DNA of 63,923 nt, filler included, from Olpidium bornovanus S191 (GCA_017911155.1; 30 parts of 30 records of this genome joined end to end with filler, not necessarily neighbours in it); one strand, 5' to 3'. Positions 1 through 12,430 are shown, counted from the whole stretch's first letter. Numbers and translations: made by a program. The notes: generated by a model not told the origin, from the sequence alone.

Positions 1-1067
1 CATGCAGCTTACGCAGGCGAGCCTACGCACTCGCACAATACCCTCGGATGCTCCGTAGTCGAAGAACCCTTAAAAAAACAACAATCTTCACCATCTGTGT
101 CCCCTCTCTCCCCTTCTCCCCTTCTCTCCTTTTCCCCTTCTCCCCTTCTTCCCACTTCCCGCTAGGAATTTAGCAGCCGACCTTCACGCCTGAGCCCCCA
201 TCACCCCACTCAAACCCTCCTTTTTCCTTAAACCCAGCCGGACCCCGCTCCGCTTCCTGAACCATAGCAAAAGCCGTGCGCACGGCCCAAGCGGCGAAAT
301 TCCCAGGGATCGTAATATTTGTCGCAGCTAATCTCTGACCGGAAAACAAAGGAGAGAGAGGTAGAGAAAGAGGAGGGAGGAGGGGAGGGGGGGGGAGAAT
401 GAAAGAGAGAAAGAGAGGAGGAAAGGGCGGGGGGAGGCGGGGGGGAAGGAAGGGGGGGTGGGAGAGAAGAGAGGGAAGAGAGAAGCGCCGCTGTAATCGG
501 CGGGAGGGAGAAAGGGTTGGGTAGCGCGGCGGTCGTTTAAGCGAAAACCGTTCGGTGCGGGAAGCAGACGGTGTTTCTTTTTTGAAATTTGCGAAGGACC
601 CCGTGGCACCTTCCAATACGCGGGATGTGCGGCGTGTGCGTGTGCTGGTGGTGGTGGCGGCTGCGGTGAGGTAAGGCGCGCGCGGACGCGTTTTGCGACT
701 TTTTTTGTTTTTTTTTTTTTTTTTTTTCGCGACCGGCCTCCCTTCCCTCCCCCTTCCCTCCCGCCCTGACAGAGATTTACGCGTCTGCTGCGTGCGGGCG
801 GGAGGGGAGGGGGGCGGACCGGCTGCGGGGCGCGCGCGACCAAAACGTTCCCCACACCCGCCCCGCCGCACCGCTCCCCTCCTCCTCACAGCATCGCGCT
901 TTCGCCGCCTCTCGCCGCCAGTGGTCGGTCCACTCCCCTCTCCCCCCCTCTCCCACCGCAAGCAGCGCGCCACGCGCAAAACACGCAAGAAAACGGGGCT
1001 CGCGGACCCCTCCCCCGCCCCCTACCCCGCCAACACCACCTCCCCCCCAGGCGCCCACCTTCCAAGG

Positions 1068-1753
1068 ATGCTGTCGACGCGGAAAAGGAAGGAGCAGCAG
1101 CAGCAGCAGCACCTGCCGCAGAACCAGCAGCCGGAGCAGCCGCCGCCGGTCGCGGCGGAGGATCATCCGAAGCAGCCCCCTCTGCGGAACGGATCGGGCC
1201 TCGTGGTCGACGACGTCAGGGAAATATTCCGCTGCCTCCAGACCGGAGACCAGCTCGCGGCACTGCAAGTGTTGACGCACGCGCACGCACGCAGCGCACG
1301 CGGCGCGCGGGTAGAGGAGGAGGTGGCAGCGGGGTGGGGGGAGGGGGAGGGTGGGGGTTGGGTGGCGGCACGGCGTTTGCCCACGGGCGGCGTGTCCGCG
1401 ACATTATCCTCGCCTTCCGAAGAGAGCAGGGGGAAGAATCAAAAGAGAAGGAAAACCGAAAGAAATAACCCCCACCTCGCCCATATTCTTTTTTCTTTTG
1501 TTCTGTTCGGCCCCCAGAATCGTTGTCAAGGACGCCATGGGCTTTCACCCCCCCGCGATCCCGCCGTTTCCGGAGGCGGACAAATCGTCGGCGGCGGCGC
1601 TGCGGCGCGGCCTCCAGTCTTCTAGGGCTAGGGCGGACATGCTGGCCAACGCGCACTTCCAATTGCTGCTGTTTGCGCACCAGACCGGCTTCTTGGAGAC
1701 GCAGGCTCTGGCGCTGTGCTCTCTTCAGAAGGCCGTGCATGAAAATTTTGTGG
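1068..1753 (+). CDS. Putative CLAMP / flagellar C1a-32-like (CABCOCO1/C8orf74-type) protein, 5' part, spliced
   Basis: ATG 1068 opens a Q/P-rich exon. The exon at ~1518-1753 (CAG acceptor, GTGAG donor) encodes DMLANAHFQLLLFAHQTGFLETQALALCSLQKAVHENF, which resembles the family pattern (aromatic-x-x-l-l-F-a...F...q...l..l...vHe) as I remember it. The exon 1 donor is unresolved. Confidence 0.45.
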
Positions 1754-1979
1754 GTGAGAAAAAGGGGTGGTGGGATAAAAGGGGAGGTAAAAAAAAGAAA
1801 AAAAATAAAAATGCGCGACAAGCGGACCACTTCCTTCCCGTCAGTCGATGGACGGCCGCATGAGCAGTTGTCGCCGTCTGCTAACTTCCTTTTTTTGTTT
1901 TCCCTTATTTTGTTGGTTTTTTTTTCCCTCCCTCCCGTCTGGCCCGGATGAAAACAGCAGCGCTGGCGCGCGGCCGGGA

Positions 1980-2079
1980 NNNNNNNNNNNNNNNNNNNNN
2001 NNNNNNNNNNNNNNNNNNNNNNNTTAATTAATTAANNNNNNNNNNNNNNNNNNNNNNNNNNNNNNNNNNNNNNNNNNNN
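1980..2079. other. Artificial contig spacer (first of 29 identical ones)
   Basis: 44 N + TTAATTAATTAA (stops in all six frames) + 44 N. Others start at 6306, 8647, 10512, 12531, 13792, 15830, 21858, 24022, 25501, 27482, 28993, 30148, 31662, 34261, 35420, 37007, 38767, 40674, 42463, 43992, 47929, 49209, 51539, 53603, 56850, 58906, 61540 and 62706. Confidence 0.99.
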
Positions 2080-2122
2080 CAACCTGAAACCCCCCAGCCC
2101 CCCCTGAACCTGAATTCCCGCG

Positions 2123-2153
2123 CCCCCCCTCCACCCCCAACCCCCCCCCCCCC

Positions 2154-2209
<56 letters not shown>

Positions 2210-2227
2210 CCCCCCCCCCCCCCCCCC
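2123..2227 (+). repeat. Near-pure poly-C tract at contig start
   Basis: About 100 nt of almost only C, followed directly by about 30 T. Confidence 0.9.
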
Positions 2228-2230
2228 GCG

Positions 2231-2261
<31 letters not shown>

Positions 2262-2554
2262 GGTTTCACCGTTATCTCCCGCGCTGACTCCTCGTCTCCC
2301 TTTTTTCCCCTCCACACTCGCGACAAAACACGCCCAACCGCTCTCACGTGCGCGCGCCCTCGCCCTTCCCTCTCGCAAAGGGGGGGGGGAGGTTCCGACG
2401 GCGGGGTGCGGTGGAGCGCCAGGGTCGCGGGCGGAGAGGTGAAGGATCGGAGCGGGCGGGGGCCGCCGCGGAAGGGGCCCGAGCGGCGGCGGCGAGCGAG
2501 GCCGGGCCATCTCGCAATCAAAACTAAAAAAAAAATAAGAAAAAGAAAAAAAAC

Positions 2555-5500
2555 ATGGCCGCACCGGAGGCGGAGGTGACGCTCGAAAGCGCAGTCAGGA
2601 ACGTCCAGGTGACGATCGAGACGTGCCGACTCGACGGCCCCGTTTCGACCGGCGTCGTCTACACGCCCCTGTGGATGACGAACTGCATCGACCACAAGGC
2701 CTACGAGTGCGACGAATACCCCCACCTGTCGCGCGAGACGGCGTACATGACGCAGATGGAGGACGCGCTGCAGGTCGGCGAGGACTTCATGTGGATGCTT
2801 TACGCATACAGGAGCTGCGCGAGGGCGATACCGCAGGTTCGTTTGGCCGGTTAAGGGAGACGCAGATCCCTCCCTCCCCCACTTCTCCCCGAGGGTTGAA
2901 CCTGCCAAGTTGGGATTTTTGGAGCATTGGAGAGAAGGGGGGGAAAGGCGTTGTTGTCTTTTTTGCCCCTGACAGGCGAAAGATTTGCGAAATCCCGCTC
3001 CGCCTCAGCTCCAGCAAACATCGCAATCGCTCGACGGGCCGAACAAGGACGAGCTCTACCTGCTGACGTACCAGCTCCTGAAGGAGGAGGTCACGAAAAT
3101 GAAGAGGCTGAAGAAATTCTGCGATCAGATCTCGGCTCTCGTCTGCCGCGTGATCGAAGGCGTCGCGCTCGACCAACGAGAAAACTTCGCTTCGCCGGAA
3201 TTTCTGTTTACGTTGGGCAAAGTGATGAACCTGTTCGTTGTCATGGATGCTCTCAAGAACATGAAAGCGTCCTTAAATAATGATTTCTCGATGTACAAGA
3301 GGTGAGGCAAAAGCTGAACGGGAGATGGGAGGGGTCGGTGGGGGGGAGTTAGGATCAATACGGAAAAAATGTTTTCGCAATTATACCGGCTTTCAGCCCG
3401 GGCGACACTTCTTTTTGATTATAATCCTCTTTGCGGACAGGACTCTTTCAAACCTCACAAAAATGTCACATTCTATCCCGGACGAGACGGCCGAGAATCA
3501 CGAGCTCTACCTTTTTTTGGGAAACCACGACCGGTTTGCCGCCAAGCTGAAGGAGGAATTAGCAAAAGTGCGAGGTTTCGACGACGTTCTCGTCGATATG
3601 GCAAACACTTTGGCCGACATGTTTGAACGCGAAATGTACGTGCAGCCGTCATCTAAGCATCTGCTTCTAAAGGTATGGGTGGGCGCCGGGGGGGGGGGGA
3701 CCAGATTTTCTTTTTGTTTTTTTGCCAAAAAAAACATTATTCAGGGAACCCCCCCTTTTTTGCAAACAAGCATGTACTTCGCTTTCGTGTTTTTCTCAAT
3801 TTTCAAAAAAAAATTTTTTCAGGCAATGGCTTTCGGACTTTCTTTGGCCGACCTGCCGGGCGACGAGAGAGACGTCACAAAGAAGAAGAAACAACTGCGC
3901 ATCGACCGGTTTTTGAAAATCGTCCGCGCCCTGCCCGTGGTGCCCCTGTTCGGGGACATGTCCATCCGGCTGTCTTCAATATTTACCAAGACGCCGCACC
4001 TTTCGGCGCTCAAGTGGGACCCGGTCGTCGACCACCCGACAGTTGCGGCCAGTTACAGCCTGCTCGCGCACGTCGAGACCGCGCAGAAAGAGTACGACGA
4101 CTTGGTTTGCGATCTCGGGCAGACCGTGAACACCGCATACCAGATCGAGGAGGGCGACGAGCAGGCCCCCGCGGCGGCGAGGCAGGCTTACTCGATGATG
4201 CTTAAGGGTCTACTGTTCGTGTCTCAGCTGACGGCAAAAGTTTTGGAGCAGGTGGGAATTCAGCACCGTGCGTGTGAGGCGGGGGGGGGAGGAGAGGAGG
4301 AGGGGAAAAAAAAAATCTGGCGCGGGCCAAGGATTGGTACGTTCCGCTCAAATTTACTGTCGTCGGCGTCCAGAGCGCGTGGAAGTACACGCATCCAACC
4401 AATTCCCAGACAAATCCCTCGTGCCCGGAAGGAGCGACGCTCTACGAAATGGTATGCCGCGCGCGAACGGTTTCATAAACAATTTCATCCCGGTCTTCGT
4501 CGGGCCGTGCGGTCGGGGTTGGGCGGGGTAGGGGGGAGGGGTGTTCACGCCGTCCAACGCTGCGAACTTGCACGCCGGCAGGCCGTCCGCTACAACTACT
4601 CTAGCGACGAGTTGCTTGCGGCGTTCCGATACGTCTCCATGATCAAAGAGCTCGTGGGGATTCTTTCGAAGGCCGACGGTCTCCTTTTTTCCGTGATAAG
4701 GCGGCACGTCTACACGGACGTGCAGCTTTTCGTCCGGACGACTCTCGAGGAAGTAATCGGAAACACCGTCAAGCGGAAGCGGCCGATCGCCAGGTAAACA
4801 TGCGCGGGAGGAGGGAGGAGGTGGGGGAGGGGTGGTTTCCCGAGTGTTGCGAGAGGGGGGGGGGGGTGCGAGAGGGGTGTGTGTGTGTGTGGCGGGGAAG
4901 GTGGACGCTTCCGGCAAAACGCGGCTGACCTCACCGTCGCACAGCGTTCTGAAACACATACGCAACATAGCGGGGGGTTGGGCGGGCGGCGCCGACTTCC
5001 CTGACGATACCGGATTTTCGAGCCCCACGAAATCCAGCAAGCACGACGCGCCGGCGATCCCGAAGCGAAAGTGCTCCATCTCCTGCGCCCAGGTGAAGGC
5101 TCCTCCATTTATCGCAACGTCAATTTTTTTGTTTTTTTTTTCCCCTGGCCGCCCAATAAAAAAAAAAGACTGCCGCAAAGGAGGATCTTTTACCGGCGTT
5201 TCTTTTCTTACTTTTATTTTTTTTTTTTTTTTTTTGTTTTTGACGAAAACTAAAAAAAAAAAAAACTCTTTGCCCTCGCCCAGCTGCGGTTCATCCGAGC
5301 GCTCCTTGACCAGTGTTACAACGAGAAGGCCAAGGGCATGAAAGGCGGTCTGCTCAAGGAGAAGGACCTCAAGGAGAACCAGGTGGAGGAGATGAATTTG
5401 TTCTCCGACAGGTCGTTCTACTATGGCGCGATGCTGAACTACATGAGTGGGTATTGCCGACTCTTTAAGGGGTCGGAAAAGAGGGGGAAAAAATTATTCC

Positions 5501-6108
5501 CGATTGAGAAAAAGAAAAGAAAATTTCCCTTATCAGCCGGGATAATCCCCGATGTCCTTTTTTTATTCTGGTCCGACGCGTTTTACAGACGCCTTGGCCG
5601 AAAGCTCCGACCTGTCCGACCTTTGGTACAAAGAGTTTTACCTTGAACTGAGTCACGAGATCCAGGTGCGCGCACGCCTCTCTTTTTTTTTTTTTTTTTT
5701 TTTTGTTTTTTTATGTTCTTCTAAAAAGAAAAATTGTTTCGGAAAAACAAAAATTAAACAAAAAATGTTAACGTCTAAAAAAAACCCCCAGTTCCCGATT
5801 GAGATGTCACTGCCGTGGATGATCACCGAACGCGGCCTCGACGGCGAGGACGTGGAGACGCTCGAGTAAGCCTCCTACACTTTCCCCCGGCTCCTCTTCC
5901 CTTCCTTTCCCCCGTCGTCTACGGAAATGCGAAAAAAAATGTGCCCCCCCCTCCCTCTTTTCCCCCCCATCCCCCCGCCGTTCTTTTTGTTCCCTCGCCT
6001 CACGAGTCCAGGCGCCTGGTTTACCCCTTGGACATATACAACGACGCGGCAAACCGGGCTCTGCACCGAATGCGGGTGCAGTACATGTACGACGAAATAG
6101 AAGCCGAG
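2555..6108 (+). CDS. CYFIP: CYFIP/Sra1/PIR121, WAVE regulatory complex subunit, 3'-truncated
   Basis: Eleven GT-AG exons: 2555-2836, 3010-3301, 3441-3672, 3823-4251, 4374-4451, 4582-4793, 4945-5092, 5284-5446, 5589-5665, 5792-5865, 6012-6108. Conserved motifs YRSCARAIPQ, DALKNMKASLNNDFSMYKR, VVPLFGDMSI, WKYTHP, AVRYNYS, DLSDLWYKEFYLEL, FPIEMSLPW, YPLDIYNDAA, YDEIEAE. Confidence 0.95.
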
Positions 6109-6544
6109 GTAAAAAAAGACGACAAATGGTGGTGGTGGGTGGCAGCGCGGCGGCGCGAACCTTCCTCCGCGGAGTCGGGGCCCCGGTTTTTGCGACCCGC
6201 ATTTCAAAAAAGAAAAAAAAATAACTGTTAACCGACTTTTTCAAACGTGCACACTCGCACTCTCGCCCCCGCTTCGTCTTCTTTCTTCTTATTCTCCTTT
6301 TCATGNNNNNNNNNNNNNNNNNNNNNNNNNNNNNNNNNNNNNNNNNNNNTTAATTAATTAANNNNNNNNNNNNNNNNNNNNNNNNNNNNNNNNNNNNNNN
6401 NNNNNAATAAATGGGGTAGTTGTTATGGAACCAACTGCCCCATCCTGAACTTGCCATTTTCGATATAATGATTTTTTTTGCACACCACGGCAATATCGTA
6501 AAATAGAATTCTTCATCAGATGCATGCGGTGACAAAGATTGTCT

Positions 6545-6636
6545 TGCGGTCGGTCCTGGGGAATAGTCTGCGGTCGGTCCTGGGATCGTCTGCGGTCGGT
6601 CCTGGGGAATCGTCTGCGGTCGGTCCTGGGAATCGT
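6545..6636 (+). repeat. Minisatellite, ~24-bp unit x4 (CTGCGGTCGGTCCTGGG(G)AATCGT)
   Basis: Four imperfect tandem copies read directly, about 200 bp downstream of the ISU1 stop. Confidence 0.9.
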
Positions 6637-6851
6637 ATAGGGGACCCGGGGGGATGTACCGCACCGAGCCGGACAAAAAAAGAGCCTGATACCGCAAGCC
6701 AAAGGCCCCCACTCGCGCTTTCCCTGTCACGGCTATTCCCTTCCTGCTGGCCCCAACCCCCGCCCTCTCGTTATGCCGTGCTTCGCTCCGCGATCCGTGC
6801 CGCAAGCGCGCTTGTGCTTCACAATCTTTGATGACCGTTTTCCTGCGTTCG

Positions 6852-8009
6852 CTAATTGACAGGATTCGGCTTCGCGCGTTTCGACTGCCAATCTCGGATC
6901 GCTGCCTTGACCGCATCCTCTGCGAGCACTGCGTCAAGATGAAGATAAGCGACACGACAATAAGCGTTAATAGATTTGTCGCGACGCCCCACAATAAGCA
7001 CGAAAAGCAGATTCGGGAAGTGGAAAGCCGCCGTCCCCGTTTTGGATCTGCAGAAGTCGCGATAAGGTAACTTACTTGAGCAGTGCAACTTGACAGGCGG
7101 CAGAGCCAGCTCTTTGGCGATGGTCGTGTTCTTGATGCGGAGCGCCTCGTCGGCGGTTTTGCCCATCAGCAACTCCGTGGTGTACGACGAGCTCGCGATT
7201 GCCGAACCGCACCCGAAAGTTTTCTGTAGAAAAAGAAAAAAAACCCCCGCAGTCGCAAAGCGAGAAAGGGTTTTTAACGTCGAGCCCATTTGACCGTTCG
7301 GAATGTCGGGCCGTGGCGCACTTTTCGTACGTTTCGCACCACGGGCAAAAAAACGGGCCCAGACGCCACTCACAAATTTAGCGTCAGTTATCTTCCCTGT
7401 TTTCTCGTCAACGCGGATCTGCAGCCGCAGCACGTCGCTTGCAAACCGTCGGAGGGCGTTACCGGCGGCGGGTAAAAAAAAAGCCAGAGTAACTGTCAGA
7501 CCAGACGTTCGAACGCTCCGCGGAAAGCCTGCGCAAAAGCTCAGCTGCGCAGCAAACGAAAGTACCCGCAAGCCGGAGCCCCGACAAGCCCGGTGCCGAC
7601 GTCTTTGTCCGACTTCGGGAGCGAACCGACGTTGCGGGGGTTCTCGTAGTGGTCGATCACCTGGGAGTTTGGCAAATGCGAACGAGTCAGGACGTTAACC
7701 GCCAAAGGGGCGTACCAGCGGAAGGGAACGGGGATTTGGGCCGAGGCCCTCAGGATACTTGACTCCGCGGGCCAAGAGCGAAAGGGAAAAGAAATGAAGG
7801 GGAGAGGTGGGGAAGTAAGGGGCGGGAAAAGGGACGGCGTTCGGCCCGTTTCGTGGCTCAACCTCGTGCTGCGCAGCCCAGGGCACACGACTCACGTTCT
7901 GGTGGTAACCGCGGGCGAGACGAGCAACGCCAGCCGGGAGCGAGCGCAGCTCGGCCAAGGAGGCCGACCGCCGCGCGGCGCCGGCAGCAGAACGCAGGGA
8001 GGACAACAT
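6852..8009 (-). CDS. ISU1: Mitochondrial Fe-S cluster scaffold IscU/ISU1
   Basis: Exons 8009-7896, 7660-7566, 7437-7374, 7223-7076, 6928-6852. R/S-rich presequence, then [54 protein letters not shown]. Confidence 0.96.
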
Positions 8010-8234
8010 CAAGCAGGGACTCGGTAACTTCCCGGGGTTTCTCACTCTCGCTCTCGGTTGCAGGTTACGCTGTGTGCTCGGTGGGGAAGCCCGGGTGGAG
8101 GGGGGCGTTTTGTGCGCAACGAGACACGACTTCTTTTTTTTTTTTTCTTTCTTTCTTTCTTTTCTTACGTTTTCTTTTGATTGACATATTTTACTGCGCA
8201 GCAAGCACCCTGGATTTCCCCCCTCCCACTCTCC

Positions 8235-8302
8235 CCCTTCACGTCACGTGCGTGCCATTCCCTCCGCCGAACGCATCCGCCCCGCTCCCTTCACGTCACG
8301 TG
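8235..8302. promoter_or_regulatory. 16-bp direct repeat CCCTTCACGTCACGTG (E-box/CRE-like) x2 upstream of ISU1
   Basis: Exact copies at 8235-8250 and 8287-8302, about 230-290 bp upstream of the ISU1 ATG. The regulatory role is inferred only. Confidence 0.4.
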
Positions 8303-10147
8303 TTCACGAAGGGTAGAACCGAAGACGGGCAAGCGGCCCCGCTGTTACCGAGCTTCTTCGGAAGTGCTTCTGGCACGTGTTCTCTTCGACGGAACACGTT
8401 TTACAACGCCAGCGCAATACCAAATTATCCACAAACACACAACACACCAAACGGACTTCCTCACGGCCAAAGCAGACCCCGTTGCGCGCTGCCCCGTTTT
8501 CCTTAATCACGGAACGGGTCCTTCCCTCGGATGGATCCCGGAGCGGGTGTGTGTGCCGTGTGTATGCTGATCACGCACGCGTTCACAAAAACCACACGTC
8601 GCCGACAAAATTTTTTTTCTTCATTTTTTTTTCCCGCGCCGCATGANNNNNNNNNNNNNNNNNNNNNNNNNNNNNNNNNNNNNNNNNNNNTTAATTAATT
8701 AANNNNNNNNNNNNNNNNNNNNNNNNNNNNNNNNNNNNNNNNNNNNGCCATGAATACGTTCGAGCGCCAAAGGTCGAAAGGCGTAGGCTCGATACCTTGC
8801 TATGCCTTGCTTGACGCCTGTTGAGACCCCGCTTCCTTTTTCTCCCGCTCGGACCCCTTAAAAAAAACCACTCCCCCTCCTTTCCTTTTTCCCCCACACC
8901 AGACGCAACGTTGAGAACACATCGTAGGGAAAAAGAAAACATAGAACGAGAGAAACGATTGAGACGACCGGAACAGCGACTATTGGGACCAGAACTGCAG
9001 CTTCTTGTTGTTTTATTTTAGCGCGAAATCACAACGGAAAAGTCGCTTGTTGGCGCCTGGTTTAGAATTAGAATTAATCGGGCACGGAAAGGCCGGGGGG
9101 TTGAGTTGTGGGCGCTTTGCTATTCACAACAAAACCATTTGATCGGGCAGGCCAAATGACGTTTGTAGCTCGAGAACCTCGGGGGCCGAGGCATGGGCAG
9201 ACGAATTAAAGACACGCCTTCTCCGCCTTCCAGCACGCGTCCTGCACAACCGCCTGGGTGACCGCGGCATGGGCTGCTTTGTCACAGGCGGAAGACCGTC
9301 CTCCCACCCTCCTCGCCTGCATCTCCAGCGAACTCTTCCGGTTTGCGCTCGCTAGAATTCGCACGCGCACAGGAGCGCGTTCCCGTCAACGAATCCCTGA
9401 CGAATCATGTCGCGTCAATGGCGGTGCATAGCATAACGGTGTTACGTGAGGCGTCGGTCGCGCAGCAGAGGGTCTTCTGGGCGTCCGGAGAAACGCGTCA
9501 GACAACACGCGCGTCCACGTCGGTCCCGCCTCTTTCCGTCCCCCCCACACGCACACCATAGCCCCGCCTGACCGCGCGCGCGCGCCCCGCCGTTCCCACA
9601 GGCGACCCCGCGTCAGCGGCAAAACCCGCCGCAAAGGAAAATAAAAATGGAAAAAAAAGCTTGCGCAGTGCCCGCGCTCTCCTCACGATGGCCGCGTGGT
9701 GTGCTGCGGCGGCGCCCCTCGCCGCCGCCGCAAATGTCCATCCGCTCGGCGCCGCGCCCGCGCCTTCTGCGCGGCCGGTCTCGGCCTGCCTACCTCGGAC
9801 CTCCGGCAGAGGGGCGTGCTGGCCGGCCTCTCGCGGTCCGCGCTGCTGAGGCGGGCCTTCCCATCTTCTCGCCGGCCTGGGTCCCGGCGCACGCGTCGCC
9901 CTTCCGCCCGGCGGGGCCCGACAACGAGAGCGACGTGTCGTCGTCCAACGAGCTTGGGGACCTCGGGAAGCGCGCAGAGTTCCGGCGGAAGGTCGTCCGC
10001 GCAGCGATTTCCCTCGGGTTGCAGGACCGGCAAAGCCCCCGGCGTGGCGGTATGATCCGGCAGGCGGCGGCGGGTGCGGCGTTTCCTCCCCTCCCCTCCC
10101 CCGCGAGTGCTCTGGTCAGACGCGTCGCGGAGGGCACCTGCCCGGCG

Positions 10148-10511
10148 CTGCGCCTCCGAGGTACCATGGACGCAGGAATCAAGTTCGACGGGAGGGACAA
10201 AATATCAGGCTTTGTCATGTACACGGATTCCGACTGGGCTGGATGCCGCGAAACCCGGGCGTCAGATTCGTGGCCATGTACCAAGGCGGCCGGATATCCT
10301 GGAGATCAACTCGCCAAAAATGCGTGGCCACGTCGTCGTGTGAGGCCGAGTTCGTCGCAGGATCAGCAGCAGCGCCGTCTGGTTGAGATCCATGCTCAAA
10401 AGCATCGATCACGACGTTGTCAAAAATTCGACCCCGTTGCTTATAGACAACTAAGGAGCAGCGGAGTTGGCGGCGGACGCGAATTCTTCGAAAAGGTCGA
10501 AGCACGTCGAC
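10148..10511 (+). mobile_element. Degenerate Ty1/copia RNase H remnant
   Basis: LRGTMDAG..YTDSDWAGCRETR, then a frameshift to FVAMYQGGRISWRSTRQKCVATSSCEAEFVA, then IDN*GAAELA...KRSKHVD. These are the canonical copia RNase H motifs, with a frameshift and an in-frame stop. Confidence 0.85.
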
Positions 10512-11247
10512 NNNNNNNNNNNNNNNNNNNNNNNNNNNNNNNNNNNNNNNNNNNNTTAATTAATTAANNNNNNNNNNNNNNNNNNNNNNNNNNNNNNNNN
10601 NNNNNNNNNNNAAGGAGGAGCGCGACTGGAGCGAAGAGCAGCAGATGCCTGTTGTCGTTTCTGGCGTGCGTGGTTCAAGAAATCGAGATGAGCTGGGTCC
10701 CGTTCGCGCAACTTCTCAGGGCATATTCCATGACGTCATCGTTTTGTGCGTAGCTCCCGAACCGGAGGGCTTGGTTATAATACTGTTCTCGTGAACTTTG
10801 TCCCAAAAAACTCGACGGAAAAACTCCGACACAAACGGCGTCACGGGTTCGCTCGTGGATAGTAAGCGTCGACACCTCCAAACGCACGCCCCTCTTCGTC
10901 CGTCCCAAGGAGCGCGCCGACAGCCCGCAACGTGGTAGCGAGGTCGCAAGGCGTCCGGTCGCGGAAGGGTTCGGTCAATTCGGTTCTCTGGTGAGCGCCG
11001 CCTCCACTCGGATCACAACACTTTCCTTCCCCATCCCCACCGGTAGAGTGCGCCGCGCAGTCGGCCTACTCATTTCACAGCTGCAGTCGCCAGGTAGAAC
11101 CCCGTTTTCCGTCTTGAGGCCACCGTTGATCTCTTCCACCACACCGCCGCCTGGGAGTACAGAAAAAGTTACCAGCGTCTCTGCTACGACTTATCCCTGG
11201 GATCCGAACGGCAATGCTGGTCGCTGTGACGTTTCCTTGGTCCCAGA

Positions 11248-12430
11248 TCACGCGCCCGCCTCACAGCCTACTATGTCTGACCACCTTAGGTTTTGTTCCT
11301 TGAGCTTAGCCGCAACCCCCTCCTTTATCTCTGAGGTCACGAACCGACGAGGGCAGGAAGGGCGCACCCCGGTAAGCCTCAACAGTAAAACGAAACGAAT
11401 TCGCGAAACATCTTAAGTGACAATCGTAATCGATCCACACTGCTGCTGGCATCTCACCTCGCACAATCCCTGGGCCTTTGTATCCCAGCGACGTGTAAAG
11501 CTGGACGGCCGATGCTCCCGCGCGGGCATAATCGAGCGCATCGCCGGCTGTGTATATCCCGCCACATCCGATAATCGGTATTTTGCCTTCCGTCAACCTG
11601 TACACTTTTCTAACGACACGCAGGGCCAGCGGCTTCAACGGCGCGCCTGACAATCCTCCCGCTTGGGTTTTTAGCGACGGCGCTGCACGAACCGCACACG
11701 GTCAAAAGAAAATGACGATTACAAAGCGGAACGGCAACTGCCGTCGAACGGCCGCGCAGCACCACTCACGACTGCGGAGACTTGTCGGACGGCTGGTCGT
11801 GGTGTTGGACACGATGATACCATCGATCTCGCACTCGGCCGCCACGGTGGCTATGTCTGTGATTTCAGCATCTGAAAGGTCCGGCGCGATCTTCACCAGC
11901 AACGGAGGGCGCTCGTCGATCTTGTTTCGCGTCGCAACGACCTGCGGACGGAGGACGCGTGCCCGAACTAGCAGAACTGAGCGAGCGTCCAAACGACGGG
12001 TGCCTCCACACTGTAAGTAAACCCCCCTGCTGGCTACCTGCTTGACAAGACTTTGCAGCGCCTCCTTTTTCTGCAAGCCGCGCAAGCCCGGCGTGTTGGG
12101 GCTGCTGATGTTGACGACGAGGTAATCAGCATAAGGGCCGAACTTCTCGACGCCCTTTACATAATCCTCGACGTTCTCCTCAGGTGACGTTTTGTTCTTG
12201 CCGAGGTTGACGCCAAGCAGTTTCCCGTCCCGGAGGGACTTGTTCATGGGGTGAGGGTCCGCAGGTGACGCGTTGCACGGCCTCCGGCGGCTACGGGTGT
12301 AAGTGAAAAGCTGCAACCGCATCCGCAGGCGTTTGAGGACCTCGTTGTGACCCTCTGAGTTGAACCCGTATCGGTTGATCACGGCGCCGTCTTCCGGCAG
12401 TCGAAACATGCGCGGCCGGGGGTTGCCTGG
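11248..12430 (-). CDS. URA9: Dihydroorotate dehydrogenase (quinone), class 2, 5'-truncated
   Basis: Exons 12430-12038, 11941-11770, 11682-11458, 11330-11248. Motifs [85 protein letters not shown]. Confidence 0.96.

Noticed and set aside
170-988. Long Arg/Pro/Lys-rich ORFs here and throughout (e.g. 13909-15120, 14027-15481, 17083-18579, 29099-30100, 34433-35467, 62853-63644)
   Set aside because: High GC and homopolymer runs suppress stops. They are antisense or off-frame to real genes, or low-complexity, with no recognisable motif.
2024-2035. Regularly recurring TTAATTAATTAA flanked by N runs could look like a CRISPR or other repeat array
   Set aside because: Always exactly 44 N + 12 bp + 44 N; it is a synthetic six-frame-stop linker. 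ORFs ending in XXX...LIN are artefacts.
10612-10950. Short minus-strand ORFs downstream of DHODH
   Set aside because: No identifiable family and no coherent exon chain.
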